A stretch of 58,545 bases of DNA, the filler included, from Sphacelaria rigidula (taxonomy: Eukaryota): the NCBI GenBank assembly GCA_964200075.2. It is 10 parts of 10 records of this genome, joined end to end, with 100 filler letters (N's around TTAATTAATTAA, not from the genome) between each part and the next. Parts side by side here need not be neighbours in the genome. Positions count along the whole stretch, not along the records: positions 46,918 to 52,681 come from CAXNAA020024636.1; positions 52,782 to 58,545 come from CAXNAA020024637.1; 8 more parts are not named here. One strand, 5' to 3'. The translations under genes were made by a program, and so were the position numbers. Numbering within the stretch: position 1 is the first letter of the stretch; the number at the start of each line of letters is the position of its first letter. Below the pieces are notes generated by a model. The model had not been told where the DNA came from. It was given only the letters and a program-made list of their open reading frames with translations, and did no database searches. Below, piece by piece: positions 50,201 to 58,545 of this stretch.

Positions 50201-50660
50201 TGACCACTTGTACGTGGCCGAGGGTGGCCCGCTGGCTTCCCAAGGTTTGTCGGGGGATGCTGGGTTTCGATACATTATAGTAATCATGGATGATTTGAAC
50301 AACTTTGTGGCTCTGGAACCAGTAGCAGTGTGTACTGCTGACTCAACTGCTACGTCTTTGCTGAATTGGTGCAAAACTTTGGGGGTGCTCCGTGTGTGGG
50401 TGAGTGATAACGTCACACATTTTAAAATGCAATCTTGGCCCGATTGGGAGAGGCTTTGCGCGTTGATAACCAGTTTGCGGTGGCGTATTTTCCGTGGTCT
50501 AACGGTACATGCGAACGCATGGTCAAGGAAGTAGTTCGTGCTCTTCGCTCTTTTCTTCTCGAGCAGCGTAGAGCAGTTTCCGAGTGGGTGGACGCGTGTT
50601 GCCGGCGGTGCAATGGGCGCTTAATACAGCGTATCGTCGTCGTTACGATTGTACGCCGTA
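47233..50660 (+). mobile_element. Second copy of the same Gypsy family, with the RT core and part of RNase H deleted
   Basis: Colinear gag (REKLRPPQYG, CHCCDQVSHYARD), protease VLDSGAHF and integrase YFDHL...SDNVTHF. Relative to the contig-8 copy it jumps at FPKK|AASWTE (~49570) and VEIE|MPVRD (~49743). Confidence 0.92.
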
Positions 50661-50845
50661 ATAGGAAGCCTCATGCACCGGGTGCGTTGTCGCGGGAAGT
50701 TGTAGGCCTGCCATGGCCAGTTGAGACCAAGTATCAGTTATGTAGTTAATTCACCCACATTTGCCCACTCACACATAACACACACTGAACCAACACTGAA
50801 TCAGAACTGACACACAACTGAATCAAGTGGAGCGGGAAATCGTTC

Positions 50846-51055
50846 ATACAAAATCATGCGTCATGATCCCATATTTTCGGCACGCGAGAAGGCGTGTGCC
50901 CCCAGTAGATTTGCACTGCAAGCACTAGATCGGGTATACCTCAAATAATAGAACTAGTCTCTTATTCGTACTTCCCCTGTATGTCATGATCCAATCTTGA
51001 TATCCATTTCCCTCGTATCCAGGCAGATTCTGGAGAGTAAGTATAATCGATTAGC
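50846..51055 (+). repeat. Repeat terminus homologous to the palindrome at 58340-58545
   Basis: Starts with the loop sequence atacaaaatca..cgtcatgatccc, then follows the reverse complement of 58340-58506. Confidence 0.8.
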
Positions 51056-52312
51056 CTCCCTGCTCACTGCTCTAGGACTGACAGTTTATCCTGAATACAT
51101 GGTGCCTCATTCTAAAACGGGAAAACTATTTTTTGTTTTTTCGAACATGAATCCAACACTACATTACCAAAAACTGAAAAAGAAAACCCGATCCCGTCAG
51201 GAAAAAACCTTTTCAGCCACGCACAGACGTCGCAAACTCGTCTACTTTAGCAATCGAAAGCTCAAATCCTGAATATAATCAGTTCTTCGAAACCTATCCA
51301 TGCTCCATTTCAACAATTGTTTGCGTCAGTCAGCACAAAACAAATAGATATATGTGTATCAATCTCAACCATTACCAGTTCCCAAATCTTCCTTGGAACA
51401 ACCAAAAATCACACATGAATGCACAGTGGACATCCTTTTCATACTCCTCAGTTACCATGATGACATTCGAGAAAGACACTCAACCTTCCAATACTCGAAT
51501 ATGTCAAAAACGCACTATATTCTCATGGTAACAAGATGCTGCTGTCTATGTGAAATTCGATTCAACATACCATCTACAACACGGTCTACATCAGGCAAGT
51601 GTCTACAGTCAACATGTCCAGTGACCGCGAGACATCATTCCACTGAACAATAATATGACTCCTCGTAATAGTATGCAAAATAAACACTTACAAAATGAAA
51701 ACTTGCAGGAGTGGGGCGTGTACCACTTCCCATCGAGTTCGACAACAAAATTCAAATTCAAATCGAATCAATTCAAGTTCAAATCGCTAAAACTAGTGGT
51801 ATGCTGGAATACAAAAATATATAGATTTCCCATCTGTCCCAACATAGGAACACAAGATCTGCTCCTGTTTGTACCACTCTGTATCCTAGAAAAACAACAT
51901 TAGCCTCCCTGATGTCGACCATCTATCAACTGCCTAGAATAGTTGATATAACCCACATCAGTGAAAGCTTGCAAGCTTGGATCCTTTTATGTCAGAACAC
52001 TAAAAAATCTCTTTCGAACCTCGTTCACTTCATAGACCCTAGAATACCCAGAGGAAATTCATGTACCAGTACACTCGTGCATTTCACAACGATTGTACTG
52101 CTTATATCATATCAGGAAGAAACTCAGAATATAAAACCAAACTCTGTAAGCACTAAAAGTATTGTAACCAACATTAGCGGTTGATCAGTCCACTTAAATT
52201 CGAATTACTGATCTTTGATGCAAATTTCGCTCGTCATCCGGCCCGATAAATTCCCAAAATCGTCAAACTCATCGTCCCACTCTTAGAATATTTTCTCTTT
52301 TACAAACCAAGC

Positions 52313-52602
52313 AATCCCTGTACACCAAAATCCAAGTTCGTGCAAATAAGTCAAACTAGGAGTTACTCTGCATAAACAGGACTATCACCCCAAATATATC
52401 AGGACGGATATTACTCCTTGAAGAAACGCGACACCCTGAAGGGAACATGACACGAACAAAAAATCAATCCCTGTATACCAGAGTCCAAGTGTATGTAAAG
52501 AAGTCGAACGAGAAGTTACTCTGCATAAACAGTTCACTCACCCAAATATCAGGATGGATATTACTCCTTGAATAAACGCCATACCCTGAGAGTATATGAC
52601 AT
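52313..52602 (+). repeat. Diverged tandem duplication, ~153-bp unit
   Basis: aatccctgta...gttactctgcataaacag...ggatattactccttgaa occurs twice. Confidence 0.8.
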
Positions 52603-52618
52603 AAATTGCTCCGTGTTA

Positions 52619-52674
<56 letters not shown>

Positions 52675-52681
52675 CTCCCCC

Positions 52682-52781
52682 NNNNNNNNNNNNNNNNNNN
52701 NNNNNNNNNNNNNNNNNNNNNNNNNTTAATTAATTAANNNNNNNNNNNNNNNNNNNNNNNNNNNNNNNNNNNNNNNNNNNN
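52682..52781. other. Artificial contig-joining spacer
   Basis: 44 N + TTAATTAATTAA + 44 N. Confidence 0.98.
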
Positions 52782-53544
52782 AAAAAAAAAAAAAAACTCC
52801 GCCCCCCCCCCCCCCCCCCCATGGTACATTATATGTACCATAAGGTCGGTATATGGTTGATGAACGCAATTCCATGAACTTTCACGCCAACCCAAAATGT
52901 CATAGCTCCATGAATGCTGCCCACATCGCTGCCATCACCGACGTTGTGGTCGAAGCAGATCAAGGCCTCGGTTCCAGCTAGTGTGCCTGTAGTCGAACCC
53001 TCTGTGCCATAAGACCGCACGGGCACAACGTGGTCCGGGGTTGCTTTTCGCGGGCGAGGGGTTTCTTGTTACCGAAAAGATGAACACCCGCTTGTCATCA
53101 TTTGAGGTGCCAACGGTTTCCTAGGAATACAACTCCCTTCATTGATGTTACTCAATGCTGGATGTACTGCCGGAATGAGAGTTTCTCCCTCGTGATTCAA
53201 AGATGAGTACGAAGCCGGCCGTTCCAGCGACGCCTGTTTCGATCAACATGTTCGCCATGATTGAGTAGGTAGCTGTACAGTTGTCATCATATGTGCCTTT
53301 TGTGCAGTTCTATGTTTGCCGTTTTTCCCACACGGCCAAGATGAAGAAAATGCAAGTCTCAGCATGGTATAACTCAGTAAGTTGGGCGCGCTTCAACGTT
53401 GATTTAAAACTCATGAAGAGCTTAATCCCAAGATCATGGGGGTCATACGTTTGTGCTCACATCTCGTCCCGGACGGTGATGCAGGTTCTTTTTTATCGTG
53501 ATATACGGACTATGCAACGGCGTTTGCGTGGTTGAGATTAAGAT

Positions 53545-53807
53545 TCCCCCCTCACCCCTCCCGTGGCACACGTTCAAATGTTGCCTTCCGCTAGACGAGT
53601 CCGTCGTCTCGGGGGATCAACCCCATCTCTCCGCCGATACACGCATCGATTTTCGTCAAATTAACCATTGTTGCTGCTCACGTCCTCACCTGTTCAACGA
53701 AGAAAGTCATATACTACTGCAAAAACAAGATCGATATGTATTTTGGGGATCAAACCCGAATTTTCCGACCAAATGATGTCAGATGTACCGTTAGTCCACC
53801 GGGCGCG
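53545..53807 (-). mobile_element. Probable second tRNA-derived SINE family
   Basis: Minus-strand head GCGCCCGGTGGACTAACGG...GGGTTTGATCCCC (degenerate A/B boxes). The core ggttgatccc..gagac.acggactc.tc is shared with ~10110-10160. Confidence 0.5.
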
Positions 53808-54665
53808 ATGATGCGTTTGCCGAGGATCTTTATGATTACCTACTCGCGAACCATGAAAGAACATGTGTGGCGGAAGCACTCTGTTCGTTGTTTCACCTGA
53901 TGACACCGAAGTTGCCTGAGTGGGGTTTGGTGAGAGCTTGGATGGCGACTGATTTTGTTGGGTGCCTCGTGGCGCCCGGGGCCACACAGGCACGGTTTGC
54001 ACACAGCTTGTACTGTCCCACGTTCCGAACGACGCATTTATTGATAAAAAGGACCCACATGCACTGTGGGACATTGCAACGGGGTAAAGCGAGGAATCCA
54101 TAGCTTGAGGACTGACCACTCCCGTTGCCTGTCGTACTCAAACCGAAGGTGACCGAGCTTGAATGCAAGTTGAGAGACGCGCTGAAGAAGAAGCAGGAGC
54201 TGCTGAACAAGGAAGAGAAGAGAATCCGAGAGGATGCGAAGAGAGTGCAAGAGGAAAGGGCCAAGCTGCAAGAGACAGTTGAAGCTCTTAACGCTGGACA
54301 GGTGATGTAGGGTCGAGACCCGCGCTACCGGATGTTCTGCGGGCTGTAACTGTCGCTCAACGGTGATGATGTATTCATCAAACTGTCGTCACGAATCGGG
54401 TCACTTGCCTTGCCCACGCACGGCACGATATTGACCCTTGTTCTCACGAATGAGATCTGAAACATTGTAAAAATTCGCACATCCTCCGTGCAAGTGTAGA
54501 TTTGCATGGAAACGTTTCGTTTCGAAGTTCATGCCAATTGTTCATAGTGGTGACACCAACTGAAAGTAGGGTGGGTGAAATTTTCAGCAATGAAATACGC
54601 GAAGTTTGAATCTCTCCCCGCCTGGAAAACAATCTGCTCCTGAGGGCCAAAAATATATAAAATAC

Positions 54666-56344
54666 CATGGGTCTACACGTTACACGTGCCACAGCGTTTC
54701 ACGTTACGTTTCGGCCGAAACGTAACGTGAACGTCAATTTTTTGAACGTGATGAACGTAACGCTAAAAATTCAAATGAGACGTTAAGGTAACGTTAATTG
54801 TTTTGAACGTGACATAGGTAACGTAACATTAACGTTTAATTGCCCAAACGTTCAAATCACGTGATATGAAACGTTTCATGTAACGTGTAACGTCTACACG
54901 TTACACGTGCATAGTACGTTACATGTTACACGTAACGTTAAATGTCACGTTACACGTTACATGTAACGTCATGAACACGTCACATGCAGTGGTGAAACTT
55001 CAAGTTTGCAATGAAATTAAAAATCCTGGAAGATGGTGCTTCAATAAACACGAGTGAGGTTATGTTACCATGGTATAGTTATGGTACTATTGCAGGAATT
55101 TTGCGCTCTCCCCACCACGCGTCACAATCATAACATCATGATCTCGGCCACATTCAAGGTTACGTCTGATGTAGGAAAAACACATTGTCCGAAAAGCCGT
55201 TTCTCAACAGCGCGATTTTCCACATTTTTTTTCAAGTAGCCTTCCTCACGTAGTCGACGCGCTGTCAAAATTGGAAACGCAGTGCTCATAGTTTCCTACA
55301 TAGGTGTGCAGACATAATTTCAAAGTCTGGGGCGCGCGAGATAGACGCAGCACTCTGCTGTCGTGTCGTGGTGTACTGTCCGTCCTGACTGTCTGTACCA
55401 CTGTTGTGATACATCGCATGAGCAATACATGGTGGGCTGCGTGACGGAAGACGCTCAGTACGAACACCGCCTTGCTGTATTAATAACTGACGGTTGAAGT
55501 GACGGTCGTGCTTTTCGCTGCGCGGTAGTACTTGACTGAAAGGAAATCACGAACAAGAGTGCACACAACAGTGCTGTATGGTGTGCGTTGGCTGTAAACG
55601 TTTTCGTGAGATTGAGAGTAGAGCGCCGATTTCGAGTGGCTTTATTCATTCGCTTCAACGCGGCCAATTATTCATTCCGTGTGCACTTTTGATCCCCTCC
55701 ATCACTGGCGTGTGCTTGAAGCTACACGTCAATATCCTACTCAAGGATATCAAGGGCCTCAGTGGCAAGCTACTACAGGAAGCATATTGGGCCTCGTGGA
55801 GGGGCATTTCGGAGCTGAAACGGGTGATGAAATAATTCACCACTTTTCACTCTCAATCGTATCCTGTACTCTGAATCTCACAAAAATCTTGTGTGTAGTG
55901 ATGGCGTGGCTGCCATCATCACTGCTGTCGCTGGTGCTCGCGGGCAGTCAGCGTTTTGCTTTTTTGTCCTTTGTTCACCAATAGCGTCATGGCCGTTACC
56001 CCTATTCCCCATGAGAACAAAACGCGTTTTTTTTTTGTCTTTTGAACATGAGAGGTAGCCAGCGTCACGCACACGTTAACAATAGGCTTTGAACGGCACA
56101 TTACAACGTCTCAAACACTGGTGAATGAGCCGCGACATGCACAGAATGAGACGTTACATTTGAACGTTTCACGTGTCAGCGTAACGTTATATTATACGTT
56201 ACACGTGGCATTGAAACGTTTCATACTACGTTACATGCAACGAAACGTGACGTTATTTTTTTCAGGTGATGAATGTAACGTGAAGGTTGAATTTTTTTTT
56301 GTACGTGATGAACGTAACGTGAACGTGTAACGTGTAGACCCCTG
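54666..56344. mobile_element. Non-autonomous hAT DNA transposon (1,679 bp)
   Basis: TIRs CA(T/G)GGGTCTACACGTTACACGT; 8-bp TSD TAAAATAC (54658-54665) / GAAAATAC (56345-56352); dense subterminal ACGTTAC/GTAACGT arrays at both ends; no transposase ORF. Confidence 0.88.
55597..55893. mobile_element. Second copy of the 302-bp MITE, nested in the hAT element
   Basis: Colinear with 37261-37562; degenerate TIRs; candidate TSD TGTA at 55593-55596 and 55894-55897. Confidence 0.75.
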
Positions 56345-56719
56345 GAAAATACTCCAATACGGGAAACCTAGCAAATGTTTCAAAAAACCTCATCGAGACC
56401 GATTTGGTACGGAGCAAATTAAAATAGCCGATTATATTGAAGAAATGCGGGCTGGACTCCTGGTGACCGGGAAAACCGGAACTCGTTCAACAATCTTGCA
56501 CGACTTCCATTCCAGGAAACACGTATTACGCTAGGGTCTAGAGTGGAGACAGTCAATTTTTGCAAGAAGCGGTTTGGCCTCTGAGTGACAAGTCGGCCAT
56601 CACTCACTGTAATCGATTAGATACACATTTCTGCACGAAAATGTTGATCACACTTGCGTCCACCGCGTCTGAAACGTTGGAACCGCGGGTCAAGTCTGAT
56701 CGAGTGCTGACCTCGAGAA

Positions 56720-58012
56720 TAGAGAGTTTCGGAAACACAAATCAAAACTCAGGAATAAGGAAAAACTCAGAGATTATTAAGAAAGTTGGGATTTAAGGCC
56801 AGGATATGACGAATTCCCCTAGGTAAACCCCGAATACGGAACCCTGAGAAGAGACATGCGCAGCAACTCAGGTTTAATTTTCAAATTTTCAAAAAAACCT
56901 GAGTTGCTGGACAGCCCAAAGCGTTGGTGCTAAACTCAGGGCTATGAAACGGAACTAGATACCCTGCCCCATAACGACCAAGGTTACAGAACACAGCCGT
57001 AGGACAAATATCATAAGTGAGGTGGTGGCGGATGTTTTGAACGCCCGCGACAGCACTGGTGATGGCAGCTCGTTCACAAGGATGACCCAAAATTACGAGG
57101 AACACTTGGAGGCGAACGGGGGAGCCGAGACACCAGCCGAGCTGGCTTATGATGATGGCGAAAGGGCGGGAGTCGGCCGCTCAAGCAGCTGCTATGAGGA
57201 CTTGACGAAATGGCAACCCAACGTGAAGCTTGCATTAGCTCGAGCAGTTAAATCACCGTTGGGTGGTCATTTTGTCGAGATCCCCGTAGCGGCTGCATAG
57301 GTGGCCCACTTCAGCCCTTCCACGTCATCTTGAGCGAGGTCGACAGGTGTCTCTCTGTTCCCCCTCTTGCCTTCACGCAGCTAGGATTACTGCGTGTGGT
57401 GAACCTTTATCGAGAACTACTGTAATTTCTCAAAGTATGCAAACGGATACACATAGGCATGTGCACACTTGTACTACAGACAACAGTGGTACAGTCTTAT
57501 AGACGGTCTGAGTGGTACAGTACAGAACATATCCTACCTAAAGTATACAAAACTGTCTACAGACAGTGCAACAACAGTAGAGTAGTAGTACCACCCTCAA
57601 CTGTCTCAACTCAATAGTGCTCTACCAGACACCGACATGTGCAGCACTTGTGAATGACCAGCGGGCGCCGAGGTGCACTGCCTGTGTGCCCAACGCTGTC
57701 TACTGTGCCGGGTTGGTATCCGGAGGCTGTGTTTACGATACTGTGTGTGAGTTGTCGTCCCATCTATTCTGGACGCCGGTCTACACCTTTCACCTTTCGG
57801 TATATGTGGGCGCACCAGTCGAGGTCACACAGGAGGAAGGTCAACACAGGAGGTTTTTTCCTCATGTGTTTGTTTGTAGTACTCCATCTTTCTTCTGCGG
57901 TGCTTGCCTTTATTTTTTGTCGCGAGAGGGGTTCAGCAGCCCCTTTCCTTCGTCGACAGTTGAGTCGAATATAATGCTGTCGCGTATTCAACGAGACGGG
58001 GAAAGCACAAAC
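56720..58012 (+). mobile_element. Composite dispersed repeat (copy 2) with a hairpin at 57127-57353 and a SINE-1 fragment at ~57742-57970
   Basis: Colinear with 25763-26706, with ~220 extra bp before the hairpin. Confidence 0.75.
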
Positions 58013-58339
58013 TTGTAAAGTGATGCTAGGGTAGGATGTTGAGGTGAACAGCCTTTTCAGTGTAGTCTACAGTACTGATCAGCCACGGTACGGAGGTATC
58101 CGTCTTCACGGGTTCTGACAGTTACATGCGGTGAGATTTGATATCGGTAGGCGTATGTCTTGTACCTACGTACGCAATGTTTGCTGGTCATGGTGTTCGG
58201 GTAGCCACACCCAGTCACTTCGTTCTTTTCCTTCTTTTCCTTCCTTGACTTGCTTAGTCAAGCTATGCAATACTACTCTTCTACATCAACATGATCGGTT
58301 CAGCCGTGTCCTTTGATCCACTTCATCAGTCGTGCCCAG

Positions 58340-58545
58340 CTGAATCGATTATACTTACGCTCCAGGATCGGATATCAAGACTGAATCATGACGTACGGGG
58401 GGAATACGAATAAGAGCTACAATTCTGTTATTTGAGGTATACCCGATCTAGTGCTTGCAGTACAAATCTACTGGGGGCATACGCCTTTTTCGTGTGCCGA
58501 AAATACAAAATCACACGTCATGATCCCGTATTTTCGGCACACGAA
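58340..58545. repeat. Palindrome cut off by the contig end
   Basis: Perfect 18-bp inverted repeat at 58489-58506 / 58528-58545 around a 21-nt loop. Homology with 50846-51055 predicts that the right arm continues for ~150 more bp. Confidence 0.75.

Noticed and set aside
41054..50660. Apparent giant inverted or head-to-head arrangement of two Gypsy elements
   Set aside because: The copies are on different contigs separated by the artificial spacer at 46818-46917.
52621..52820. Long poly-C tracts as G-quadruplex or regulatory elements
   Set aside because: They sit at contig ends, where homopolymer length is unreliable.
54125..54310. Coiled-coil ORF, possibly the start of a BTB/KCTD-like gene
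   Set aside because: It stops after 61 codons with no recognisable domain or convincing splice model; at most a gene relic.

Overview
This window is not a contiguous locus. It is ten unrelated short contigs (5,765 or 5,764 bp, in descending length order) joined by an artificial 100-bp spacer (44 N + TTAATTAATTAA + 44 N), so adjacency across spacers means nothing. The DNA is eukaryotic and repeat-rich. It is most consistent with a brown alga or other stramenopile (inference from GT-AG introns, PMP-repeat adhesin-like exons, RTE LINEs and a Gypsy RT with a WxDD motif). Host genes: three in-frame exons of a polymorphic-membrane-protein-like beta-helix protein, a head-to-head histone H1 (3 exons) / histone H4 (intronless) pair, and one unidentified terminal exon. 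The rest is mainly mobile DNA: nested RTE LINEs, two copies of one Ty3/Gypsy family (one lacking RT), a relic of another Gypsy lineage, a multicopy tRNA-derived SINE, a Tc1/mariner MITE, a non-autonomous hAT element, a 4-bp-TSD MITE and several palindromic repeats. I see no clear novel multi-gene system. The best leads are the H1-H4 divergent pair, the unclassified SINE, MITE and palindromic families, the WVDD Gypsy, and a multi-layer nested insertion that can be rebuilt exactly.
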